Assembly: GCF_001194135.2 (NCBI RefSeq)
Contig: NC_068982.1
Coordinates: 48,900,340 to 48,963,755 of the forward strand
DNA from: Octopus bimaculoides
Lineage: Eukaryota
Length of the DNA stretch: 63,416 nt
Direction: 5' to 3'
Each line of letters opens with the position of its first letter. Within the stretch, counting starts at the first letter, position 1. Shown here piece after piece: positions 51,334 through 63,416 of this stretch. The notes beneath the pieces are model-generated. The model saw nothing but the letters and a program-made list of their open reading frames with translations, did no database searches and was not told the origin of the DNA. The translations under genes were made by a program, and so were the position numbers.

Positions 51334-52479
51334 TACACACACATATGAAATATATATATATATGTATATCTCAAGAGCTATTTCGGTAACTATTTAAATT
51401 TCAAATTTCATTCAGTCACATCATCGTCAATTCTAATACTAAATGTTCTTTCAACATCAGAATGTTCAATTGTAAAATTTTCCCTAAGGGCAATATTCTA
51501 AGTGCCTTTGTTTTTCGCGTATATTTAGGAAATTTTAAAATGGTTGTTCACAAATATAACAAAGGAGGTTGGTTATATATAATTTATTTTTATATCAGTA
51601 TTAACCAACAAATATTAAAACAAACAAAAAAAAAAATTCTCAATTAAGCTTACTGATAAAATAATGTAAATTTCTCAGTATAATTTGTCTGCTAACATAA
51701 AGCCCATAATGTTATACACAAATGTGTTTTTGTTGTAAATCAAAAAGATCACATCCTAAATTCTCTTTTTTTTTTTTTCTGTTTTGATACAGCATTAGAA
51801 TTTATCTTTGAATTGTGAAAATAAAACCTCTTGGAAGAAAATTTAACAACAGTTCATAAATTGTAGAAAATGAAACGTTAAGAGAGTAACAGAAATACTG
51901 TTAATTCAAGTATCACGTTGTGTAAAGCTTAGAAAGGCAAAATTTGTCTATAGGGATGTTAGATTCAAATTTTGGCACAAGGCCAGAAATTTTGGGAGAT
52001 GGGTTAAGTTGATTACATCAAACCCAATGCTCAACTGACATTTATTTACCAACCCTCAAAGGATGAAAAGCAAAGTTAACCCCCAACAGAATTTGAACTC
52101 AGAACGTAAGGACAGATGAAATGCCAGTAACAATTTTGTCTGGTATGCTAACAACTCTGCAAGTTCACCACCTTTGTCTGTCTGTAGGAATATTGATTTC
52201 TTACATAATGACAAGGTCCCAAATTTTGGGGAGAAGATGACTTGTTAATATCCACTCAATATTTGACAAATGCCTTATTTTATCAAATCTCATCAAGAGG
52301 ATGAAAGGCAAATTGGACCTTGCAACAATTTGAACTCAGAATGGAAAGTACTACTATAGGACATTTTGAGCAATGTGGGTTGCACTCTAGGGCCTATTGC
52401 ATAAGCCTGCATTAGGGGCAGACTGGGGTGACAAGCTCAAGGGCTGTCCTGGGTAGTACACATACTAGCTATTTTCATC

Positions 52480-52697
52480 TGTTATCTTTTACTTGTTTCA
52501 GTCATTAGACTGCAGCCATGCAACCATCTCAAAGAATTTTAGTCAAATGACTCAACCTCAGTACATTTTTTAAAGCCTGATAGTTATTCTGTTTTTCTCT
52601 TTTTGCCAAACTGCTAAGTTACAGGGACATAAACACACCAACAGTGGTTGTCAAGTGGTGGTGGAAGACAAACACAGATACACACACACACACACAG

Positions 52698-52733
<36 letters not shown>

Positions 52734-52890
52734 CAAACTTCTTTCAGTTTCTCTCAACCAACTCCACACATAAGGCTTTGGTTGGCTTAAGGCTGTAATA
52801 GAATACCCTTACCCAAGGTGCCATGCAGTGGACCTGAACCCAAAGACAAGTGATTGGGAGGCAAACATCTTGCCACACAGCCATGCTTGC
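52480..52890 (-). mobile_element. SINE family A, near full length
   Basis: Reverse complement of tail, internal (CA)n and head. Confidence 0.85.
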
Positions 52891-54097
52891 TCTTATTATG
52901 CCACTGAGTTTGACAATCCACCACCTTCTGGTGGTAGAAATTAACATGTATTAACATGCATTTGAGTAAGAGAATGCATGTAATAGTTTGAGAATTTGAA
53001 ATGTTGTACACTCCTGTTGATTTCATTTCCAGCTTTGGTCAATTTCAGCAAAACAGCTGTTATTATTTAGTGAAACGGGCAGCAAACTGGCTGAATTTTG
53101 AACACACCAGACAAAATGCTTAGCAGTATTTTGTTCATCTTTACATTTAGAGTTCAAATTCCAAGGTTGACTTTGCCTTTCATCTTTTTGAACTTTGGGG
53201 TTGATGTTAAGAGAGATCGACCGGAATGTTAAGACAGAATGTTAAGACAGACTAAATACCGTTAAGCATTTTGCCCAGTGTGCTAATGTTTCTACCAGCT
53301 TGCAGCCATAGTCCAAGAGTGATACTGACAGGCCCTATCTAACAAAGCACAAAAGTTGGTAAGGGCTAATTAGTGGTGAAAGTTGTATCTGTTCAGAAGG
53401 GAAATATCAAGAGTGCCATAAAAAGTTATAGGGAAAAATCACATAACCATGCTTGCATCCACCCATCCAAAATGTTTAGAGGGTGCACTTGAACCCTCTG
53501 CACCCATTTTTCTTGAGTCTGAGAGTTTATATCTTACAAAACTAAGATCATGTGTATCAAGAAGTTCACTAAATTCTCTTTGCTTCCTTAACCATTAAGC
53601 ATTTAAACCAGTCATATCTGGCCAAAATATCCTGTGTTATGTTCAAACTGACAAAATCTGGCTATTCACACTTATTCTATAATGTCATTCTAAAAATAAA
53701 CTACCACAGCATCAAAATCTTGAAGCTGTAAGATATTTCATGACTAATTCAAAACAATTTGAATAAATAAGCATTACATTTAACAGAATAATCTTCATGG
53801 TTAAATTTATTTTTCAAGATGAATTATGATTCCTAATTTCTTTAAATCCATTTTCTTTATTTTGTTTTACATTAAAATCATAAGGGGGAAATTCTCACTA
53901 GGGACTGTTGCTGCTGCCACCTACAGTTGCTTCCAGAGTAATAGAGGGAGAGAGAGAGAGTTTACTGAAAGATGGAAGATAGGGTGAAGATTCCCGTCAA
54001 GTATTTTATTCAAATTAAGATATTTTTAAACTTTTTGTTTGAATTAAAAAATGTTTCTTCCATTTATATTTTTTCCCCTCCTTCTAATGGTAAAAAA

Positions 54098-54508
54098 TTA
54101 CTCTTTTACTCTTTTACTTGTTTCAGTCATTTGACTGCGGCCATGCCGGAGCACCACCTTTAGTCAAGCAAATCGACCCCAGGACTTATTCTTTGTAAGC
54201 CTAGTACTTATTCTATTGGTCTCCTTTTGCTGAACTGCTAAGTTACAGGGACGTAAACACACCAGCATCGGTTGTCAAGCGATGCTGGGGTGGGGGGACA
54301 AGCACAGACACACAAACACACACATACATATATATACATATATACGACAGGCTTCTTTCAGTTTCCGTGTACGAAATCCACTCACAAGGCTCTGTTCGGC
54401 TCAAGGCTATAGTAGAAGACACTTGCCCAAGGTTCTACACAGTGGGACTCAACCTGGAACCATGTGGTTGGTAAGCAAGCTACTTACCACACAGCTACTC
54501 CTGCGCCT
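54098..54508 (-). mobile_element. SINE family A, full length, low divergence
   Basis: Complete reverse complement from ggcgcaggagtagctgtgtggtaag to gactgaaacaagtaaaagagtaaaagagt; an older copy follows at about 54630-55030. Confidence 0.92.
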
Positions 54509-54821
54509 ACTGTTAATAATTCCAAATTATTGTTGTATATTATTGAAATAACATTGTATTTTTTTTATGACTGGTTTCTCAAGTAAAAGACATTTATTTT
54601 ATATCTTTGTATCTCATAGATTAGTAAGTTATCATTATTTATCTTTTATTGCTTTAGTCATCGGACTGCAGTCATGATGGGGCTCTTCCTTGAAGAGTTG
54701 TTTAGTTGAAGAAATTGACCCCAGTACTTAATTTTTAAAGTCTGGTGGTTATTTTATTAGTTACTTTTTGTTGAACTGAGAGACAAACAAACACTAAGAC
54801 ACATTCACATAAATTTATACA

Positions 54822-54863
<42 letters not shown>

Positions 54864-56149
54864 TGTGCATACAATGGGCTTCTTTGTTTTTTTTTCCATC
54901 TGCCAAATCTATGATAGCTCCATCTCATTGAAAACAGGAAAGATACTTACACAAGGTACTGCACAGAGGCACTGAACCTAAGACTCCATGTTCGGGAAGC
55001 AAACTTCTTACCACACATCTATATCTGTGCCTTTATATACTCTATAAAGTTAACTTAAGGTGAGAGTAATCACGATGAAAGTGAGTTGGATGCCCTTAAA
55101 TAATGCTTCAAAATGTTTTGAAATCTTAAATCAGATGCCAGGTGTATTGGCAGAATTATGAGTATTGGATAAAATGCCTCGAGGTATTTGTTCTTTCTGT
55201 TTTCTGAGTTCAAATTCTGCCAAGGTTAACTTTGTCATTCATCCTTTTAGGTTCAATATAAAATTGCTAGTTCAAAGTAGAGAGGATTGATGGAGAAGTT
55301 AGATGGTCAAATGATCTGCCTTCTAGTATCTGTTCTAGCTCTTGGCAGTCTCATAGCAATACCTCTAACAACACTATTGCCAAGCTGTATCAGCCTAAGT
55401 CAGTAGCCTTTCCTTTGATTAACATCAATGGCACTGGAAAGGGGCTACTTGTATTAACAGGAAACTATTAGTGTTCTTCAAAAATCTTACCTAGATTTTC
55501 ATTTATGCATATGTGTGCAGATATATGGTCAACACTGATATATATACAGAGGTCCTATGTACCAGAATATGTTATGCTAAACTGACTAAGTAACAAAGTA
55601 AACAAAGCACTAGTCAAGGCTAACACTATTCTGGTTAAGTTTGTGCATTGTGCAGTCAGTTTTCTGCTAGCAGTGGCATAAATTTGGTCACATTAATTGA
55701 TCCATCAGTCAGTAATCATTAGTACCTTATACAAAACAGTTATACATTATTGCTAATTGGGTTCTCCATTGTCAGTTGTCTATTATACAGATAGACATAT
55801 GCATATAGAATGCATGAATTTCTTCAACACCACCATCAATGCTCCAATACTTTACTTCCCTTCTAATATTTTTTTTTATCTCTGCCTGTTTTTTATCCTT
55901 TCTGTTGCCTTCTCCCACTGCTTTAATACTTTCCAACTGCTTGAATTATTTGGCTTATTATTGAACATATACTATCTCTTTCTCTCTCTTCCTTCACATA
56001 TTCTACAGCCAGTCAGTTATCATATACACACATTCACACACATCCTATTAGTGGTTGGACATTATGATTTCCAGGGAAAACTAAATAAAGATCCTTTAAA
56101 AAAGTGTATCTCATTGTCAACTAATATTTAATGCTAGTTTATAAAATAT

Positions 56150-59100
56150 ATATTTTTTATTAATGTAATCGTTTCCAAAACACAAGAGATAGATGAGAAC
56201 ATAAAGGAAAGAGGTAATTACTGAATATGAGAATTACAAGTGATGAATATTTATCAGCAGAAGTTAAACCGTCTGCTCAAGAACAAATTGAAAAACTAAA
56301 TGACTTTATCTAAACTTCAGAGAGAAACTGTTGATCATGAACCATTTACAGTGCCCAATTATTGCATACTTGAAAGTGAACAAATGCCAATAGCTTAAAA
56401 CCAAACTATGAAAAACAACATATCAATGGCACACAGTATGGATTTGATATTGGAAATAATAATACAAAGAAGCACAAAAAAGAAACAATATCGAAGATGT
56501 GGGCAGAAAGAGCATATTCCATTTTACAAAACATCTCCAAGCAAGAGTGAGCAACAATTTTTTTCCATTTCAGATAACTGAACAGAGGAAAGACAATAGT
56601 GAAGTAAGTATCTAAGAGTGATTGGTCTATGTGGAATATCAAAAAACAAGTCATATTTTGTTTACCGTGTCGATATTTTCTTTTTGGCAAACCAGGCTTA
56701 ATGCTTCAGCTTTTACAATTGAAAATGGATGGTCTCTCAGAGGAGAATGAAAACAATCATATGACAAATTTTCTGAGCATGAACTATAACCATCATTAAT
56801 TAAATTATGTACCATGGAGAAAGATGATTGATCAAAGAATTCATTTAACCCTTTAGCATTTAAACCAGCCATATCCAGACCAAAATATTCCACTTGTTTT
56901 ATGTTCAAACTGACTAGATCCAGCCTTTCACACCTACCCTACACTGACATAGTAAAAATAAGCAATTATATCATTGAAATCTTGAAACTATGAGATACTG
57001 CATGAATAATTCAAAACAATGTGACTATATACGAGGGTGTTCTCTATCCTGGGGTTAAGGATGTTCTCCAGGTCAAGGGAGTCCTTTAATATCCTTATCC
57101 ATTCAGCTATTCACAATTTACAATGCTTGATCCCATTTATGTAGGGGCCTGAGTTTTCTAGAATCTTCCATGATATATATATATATACATGAGGGAGTGA
57201 TAAAAAGTTCCTCACTTTGGGTATAAGAAAATACAGAAGGATCACATAGTTATGACTTTATTCAACATATTCTCCTCTCAGATTCATACACTTATTACAG
57301 AAGTCCTTCAAATTTTTCTAAGCCTTACAAAAGAACTCAAAAGTTTGGGCCTCCAACCAGGCCTTTCACGATACCCTTAAAGCCAGGTACTTTTCAGCAC
57401 CCCCTCATAAGTAATATATTTGACAGAATAATATAAATGATTAAGGGTTAAAAAATTGTATGGAACATTTTCTGTTTATAATAAATCCTAACCGAAGAGG
57501 CTAATTGGACTGATAATTTACACTGTAAATTGACATCATTTTATTTTGGGGTATCTCTCATCTAAACAGTATTTTTTACAGTGGTAACCGACTTGTTCAG
57601 GTCAAACTTTTGTTTCACTTGGATCCTCTAGTTAAGACCTTGTCAAGAAGGTCAAAGAATGCCAGGAAGAAAGGAAGTTGATAACAAGTAAAATATTCAT
57701 CAGACAAATCGCAAAATGAATTTATTTCACTCTACTCCAATTTCATTTTGAAACGCACATTTTCTAAAAAAATCAAAGGCAGTTCATACAATATCTGATT
57801 CCACATATGTCAAACAAATACATTTATCATACATTACCTTCCAAGTATGAATTGTGAGCTTGAGATTAAAGAGAAATTTTTATCCTTTGAATGTTTTGAA
57901 TGTTACTGAGAAGAAAAAGGAACTAAATTTGAAAACCTGATAAAAGGAACAATGAGTAAAAATGGCATTCTCTTGGAAGATTGTACCGGTCAAGGATATG
58001 ACAATGGTGTCAATATAGCAGTCAACTACAGTGGGTACAAAGAACATTAATGAGAATTCTTTTGTTATTTGCTCACTGTGTGGATATCATATATTGAATT
58101 TCTATGACATTATTCTGCTGCATGTTTACTGAAGCAGTTACTATTATGAAATTATTGAAAATGTCTATAAATAATTTTTCCTATATTACCAAAAAGATAG
58201 CAAATTCTTCCGATGTACAGAAGCTGTCAGTCATCTCATCATGTGTCAACTACCCAATGGTCAACCAGAATTGATCATGTGAAATCATTTACATGAAATC
58301 TCAACAGTATTAAATTGCAGGATGTTTTATAACTAAATCTGACGTTAAAAAGCAGAAGAGATGTAACAGGATCTATTAAAAAGAAGTCCTCTTTCAGATG
58401 CATGCTCATGTCATCTATCTAGTTCAATATTCTTGCTTCCATTAACATTTGCAACATAGGACTACATACAGACAAGAGATGATATTAAAGTGCACAACAT
58501 TAAAACGCTCACAAAAAAAATTTACTGAAATGGTGACATCAATTCGACATTTGGCTGACAGTATCAACAAATGTTCATAAAAGTCTTCAAAGAGAAATTA
58601 AGCTGTCTGTAAATGACAGAAAGTAAAAGAAATTCATACACGGGAGTCAGTCAAGTAATAAAAGCCAGATAAATGATTCTGATATATATATGTCATCATT
58701 ATCTTGGACACCTGCATTCTTATGTCATTGTCAATTCTCTCACTGGGTGTTTCAACAAGATTTAAGTGCAAAGGAAATTTTTGATACTAATTCATTCTTC
58801 TGTCAATGCCAGTGTGTATCAAAAAACTTTTACACTGCAAGGGTAGGTGCCAAAGACACTGATGTAAATTGCACAAAACAGTTTCAAATGAATGAATCAA
58901 CTTGAAAAAACTATTACACATTTGAGGAACTACAACTTAAACCCATTGATTTACTCAACAAAATATCCTTCTACCACAAGTAGAAAAATATCATTTTCAA
59001 TCTTTGTGCATCACCATAAGTTTTTTCTTCATCAATCTTCCTGTAGTAGCCTTAGCTGAACTATCATTTTGTAAGCTTAAACCAATAATAAACTATCTCA

Positions 59101-59230
59101 GAACAGATATGTCAAGGCTCCTTTAGTTTAATTCAGCATTGAATCAGAATTCAGACAAAATATTGATCACAAAACTATCATACGGAACTTTTCACACAAG
59201 AAGGCATGCAAAGCATTTCTAAACAATGAA
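56150..59230 (+). pseudogene. Heavily decayed hAT transposase, interrupted by MITEs
   Basis: DWSMWNIKKQVIFCLPCRYF (TTF-type zinc finger-like), DKSQNEFISL, GILLEDCTGQGYDNGVNI (hAT GQGYDNG motif) and a C-terminal dimerisation-like NIDHKTIIRNFSHKKACK. Confidence 0.8.
56849..57447. mobile_element. piggyBac-type MITE carrying a nested mariner MITE (about 57190-57407) and an unassigned insert
   Basis: TTAA|CCCTTTAG...TAAGGG|TTAA; the internal sequence matches 20306-20552 on both sides of the insert. Confidence 0.85.
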
Positions 59231-59394
59231 AATCTAGCTAGTCATTCTATTGTCTTTAATACTAATTAAGTAATGAAAATAATGCCGTTTTGGTCTTACA
59301 AAAATTGGTTTGTAGAGGCTCTGAGACAATCTCACAGAATAAATCTTTCTATACATAAATATACATACATACATACATACATACATACACACAT

Positions 59395-59457
<63 letters not shown>

Positions 59458-59805
59458 TACATACATACATATATATATTGAACTAGATAGATGACATGAA
59501 CATGCATCTGAAAGAGGACTTCTTTTTAATAGATCCTGTTACATCTCTTCTGCTTTTTAACATCAGATTTAGTTATAAAACATCCTGCAATTTAATACTG
59601 TTGAGATTTCATGTAAATGATTTCACATAATCAATTCTGGTTGACCATTGGGTAGTTGACACATGATGCAATGATTGACAGCTTCTGTACATCAGAAGAA
59701 TTTGCTATCTTTTTGGATTATAGGAAAAATTATTTATAGACATTTTCAATAATTCCATAATGGTAACTGCTTCAGTAAGCATGTTGCAGAATAGTATCAT
59801 AGAAA
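58099..59805. repeat. Inverted duplication of about 330 bp (58099-58430 and 59475-59805)
   Basis: The reverse complement aligns continuously; well over 90% identical by eye. Confidence 0.92.
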
Positions 59806-60199
59806 GTCGATGTATAATAATAGAAAGCCAGTTGAAATGTAGCCATAGTTTTCATCACTACTATCACACTGTCATCTCATACATTCTACTGTTAAGTCAT
59901 CAAAGAGCTCACTCTTAATGAATTTTAATATCGTCAGTGGATCTTGGACTATGAAAAAGTGTGAGTGCTTCTTTCTTTAGAAAATTTGACTATGAAATGA
60001 ACTGTGCTGATATTGAAAATGAAAGTAAGTGCTGAAGAAGCTAGGAAGATACGAAAATTGTAAGAAGCTGGAAAGTTTTATCACATCATTTCTTGAACAA
60101 CCTAGTCTTCCTTAGCATTAACTGTATTAAAAGTTACTGTAGATCAAATTACTATATTCTGAAAAAGGAGAGTTTAGTATCTTCTAAGAACCAGCAGTG

Positions 60200-61400
60200 A
60201 CTTTCAAAGAGGTAGAACTACTAAAACTTTGAATATCATAAGACAGAATACAATATGTGCCATATAACTTCTTAGTGTAAGTTTCTTGGAGTCAGATAAA
60301 ATATTAAAATATGAAATTCTATTAGACATCCAGAGGGCAGAAATAGTTATATTGAATAGTCAGAATAGCAAAGTGCTATTTATTCCAACACAGAACTATG
60401 AAGGGTAATTTAAAAAAATGTAGGGAAATGAATATGGAGAATTTTGGTGACCATAACCTGTTTATTTTCTACAGGAGAAAGCAAATTTTGCTCTTGTTGT
60501 ATGCTGTAGTCATGAAATGCCAATCAGTCTTCATTGGAACAAAATACTGTATTGTATCATGAGCATGCACCAGATTATTTTTGTACCCATGAAAAGTCAA
60601 AAGAAATCATTGATACTGTTTCACTTTTATGGAAAGTAGTAGAAAGAAATCTTATAGAAAATGGAGGTATCCTTGATAAAGCTTCCATACCAAGTCAAAA
60701 ATGGCATGAAGTTCTTCACAAAATTCTCCTTTGCATAAAATTTCTAGTAACACAAACCTTTGCATTGCATGGTTTATCAACATACTAGAGCTATTCCAAG
60801 TTGCAAGTTTGAAGTGCCATGATAGAATTGATTAAAATTATAAAGGACACTATCTTTATAGATATCCTTTTTTAGATATTGTCCCTGGGGGGTTTTCTGT
60901 ATATTACAGATTAAAACAACTCCCCGGAGGACTTAAGTTATACTTAAGTTATAGTATGATGTTCTTTGTTATCTAAGATCTGGAGAACAAATCTATCTGA
61001 ATATGAACAATATGCAACAATTTACATATGATTATGTATTTTATAAACTGGTTTATGGATATTAACTTATCTTATGCAAGTAACTATTGTATCATGCCAT
61101 TTTAAAATTATTTTCATTTGAATTTCATGATCAGGAAAGAGTTGTGAATTTGTTAGTGAATTAATGAGATAAAGAAGCATTCTGAATTCTGATCTGAAGA
61201 TGTGACAAGAAATTTCAATAATGCTAAATATGAGTAAGGCATGGAAAGAAAATATCAAATATTATCAATTCCTTTATTTCTACTTAATGAGAAACAAAGC
61301 CATTTCAAAATCAATAAGCAATTGTATCAGTAAAAGAGCTCTGAATGCCTGCAAGTAACAAAGATAAAGATACATCAATAATATAGAATGACTCCAGATC
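60200..61400 (+). pseudogene. Second decayed hAT-like transposase remnant
   Basis: SQKWHEVLHKILLCIKFLVTQTFALHG resembles the hAT KWRxxLxRIxxxIKFLxxxxLAxRG segment. Confidence 0.55.
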
Positions 61401-61979
61401 TCTCAGAGAAAAGATGAAGTGCCAAATATTACAATACATATTTTAACTTGTTAATGAATTTAATTCTCTATAAAGTTTATTCCTTCAACAAAGCTAATAA
61501 TCTAACTAAGCATAATAGATCCACTAGCACCAATGTATGGTGAGAGGTATTAAATAATAATAGTAATAACAACAGTAATAATAATAATGACGATGATGAT
61601 GATAATTCAGTCAATCTTTCCATATCACTTAGCTTAGGAAAATGAATGAATAACCGTTCCTCTCTCACCTGTTGTAACACAAGAAAGTATCAAAAACAAC
61701 TCAGAATTAACATGTTAAACAAAATGGTTTGACATCAAAATTGCATATTCAATAAAGTATGCATGTAATCATTATCATCATCATTGTTTTAACATCTACT
61801 TTTCCATGCATGCGTGGATTAGATAAGTGCATTTTGAAACAGAGTTTTCTATGGTCAGATACCCTTCCTGTTGCTAAACCTCTACTTGTTTCCCATTGAG
61901 ATAATACAGACAACAAACAGCCTGGACATGTCTATGTAGAGAACTGCAAACAAATAGCATATATATGAGAAATTAGAAT

Positions 61980-62850
61980 GACAAATAAATAAACAATTAT
62001 GATATGAACTTCATTAACTTACAGCTGTTTCTACTATAAGATGCTATGCACTCGTAGTTAAATTCTTGAGTATCACCCTATAGCCTCATCAGACCTTCAA
62101 AACATAACGGGAAATTTTATTTGGGGAAAAGGTATGTAGACAGGTTTTACCTTAGTAATCTCCCTCTGCCACTCAATTAGACACTTTCCCTCCCTCAAAT
62201 AACTGCCATTCCTTTTCTCACTATCTCAACTTCCAACAATTCTATAGCTATTATCCCTAAATTTTGACACTTATACACAAGCACAACAACTGACTACCCT
62301 TTAATTACTGTCTATCCTACCCCTCTCAATTCTCCATCTTTACTACCACCTCCCTTAATACTCTCATTATTAATCCTCTCCTCCTTCTTGAAATAACTCT
62401 CTTATCTCCTTTCACCATTCTCTGTCTTAACACTCCCTATAATCCCACTGATGCTTCTACTTCCTCCCCCAAATATGGTTAGCTCTCTACATTTAACAAT
62501 TCCATATTTGAACTTCTCTGTTTTAAGATCAGAAATATAAGATCTCTTCCACCCTGATGACGGAGGCTTATATTATCCAATGTTGATTACTTCCATTACA
62601 GCTACATAGTGTGATGAACTACATCTACCAACATTATGATGGATCTCTTAGCCCCCAGAAACAGCTTAAATTTTCTGCCATTTGTACTCTGTGTTAGTTG
62701 GATCTATTAATATAAATATCTGTATATTTACACTTAAATATGCATTGTCTCAAAGTCTCCACTCTTTGCTTTCTCTCCTTTTGCATGTATACATATTTTG
62801 TATTTCATACCTAAACTGTTATATTTAATATATCTAATATGTTTATTTGC
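61980..62850. mobile_element. Penelope-type remnants with divergent hammerhead-like motifs (62017-62095 minus, 62554-62668 plus)
   Basis: Both read CTGATGA-N-helix II with a long loop-A-GAAA-CAGCT(G)-TA; helix II is GCTATAGG/CTTATAGT and GGAGGCT/AGCCCCC. Confidence 0.6.
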
Positions 62851-62898
62851 ATAATTGCCTATATATATTTCTCCGTGTTTTTCTCCTTGTCTCCGTAT

Positions 62899-62935
62899 TC
62901 TTTCTGTTGAAGAGCATAGCTCGAAACGTCAAAGA
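62899..62935 (+). ncRNA. Minimal type I hammerhead-like motif with non-canonical core CUGUUGA
   Basis: TCTTT-CTGTTGA-a-GAGC-ata-GCTC-GAAA-CG-TC-AAAGA: perfect 5 bp helix I, 4 bp helix II, palindromic helix III and a GUC site. Confidence 0.65.
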
Positions 62936-63026
62936 CTTTCCGTATTCCCGAGCGTCATACTAATACATCCTTTTGTTATTTACACCACCTGTCCTCGTCT
63001 GTTGTTGTTTTTTCGTATATTCTCCC

Positions 63027-63057
<31 letters not shown>

Positions 63058-63381
63058 AAATTGAAGGACATATGTTTGGGTAAATATATTTTTACACCTC
63101 ATTAATCTAGAAATGCGCATCCACAATTAATCAAGGCTGGGTGGATTCGTTATTTTTTCCTTTTTTACCTTTGTAGTTTGCGAGTATTACTTTTTTTAGG
63201 AGTTGTATTTTAGTAGAAAAATAGTAGTCTTTGGCTGCTATTTCTAATTTTCGGTGTGTGGTGAAGCAATACTTGCTGAACCCTAAATTTTAAATTGTGT
63301 TTTACCAATAATGGTTTATAACACACCGAACTACTTGGTAAAATTACTAACTATCAATTAATTACTAATTTTTATCCTATA

Positions 63382-63416
<35 letters not shown>

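Noticed and set aside
819-51374. Long ORFs containing X runs
   Set aside because: They are open only because N gaps contain no stop codons.
55757-56131. 124 aa hydrophobic ORF resembling a membrane protein
   Set aside because: It derives from a T/C-rich tract next to decayed hAT sequence, starts at a non-ATG codon and has no family motif.

Overview
AT-rich, repeat-saturated animal genomic DNA with about eight N gaps. The SINE, RTE-LINE and MITE families, dense microsatellites and TTAGGG-type repeat look like an octopus (coleoid cephalopod) assembly; this is recognised from memory, not searched. I found no host protein-coding exon, rRNA, functional tRNA or CRISPR array I can support, so this is probably intronic or intergenic DNA. 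The ORF track is mostly gap, microsatellite or antisense-TE artefact. Recognisable decayed elements: a zinc-knuckle ORF1/gag, a Chapaev3 transposon with termini and TSD, Gypsy pol, two mariner remnants, a DD37D-like element, two Helitron 3' ends, R4/Dong-like fragments, several RTE LINEs, hAT remnants, piggyBac- and mariner-type MITEs, two abundant SINE families and Penelope-type termini. The most unusual signals are: (1) a ~544 bp zero-spacer palindrome of two head-to-head units, each a tRNA-like Pol III head + microsatellite + minimal hammerhead ribozyme; (2) eight hammerhead-like motifs in about four families, one with a shared non-canonical U6 core; (3) several local templated or inverted copies that suggest template switching. 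Coordinates of decayed TEs are approximate unless termini are stated.
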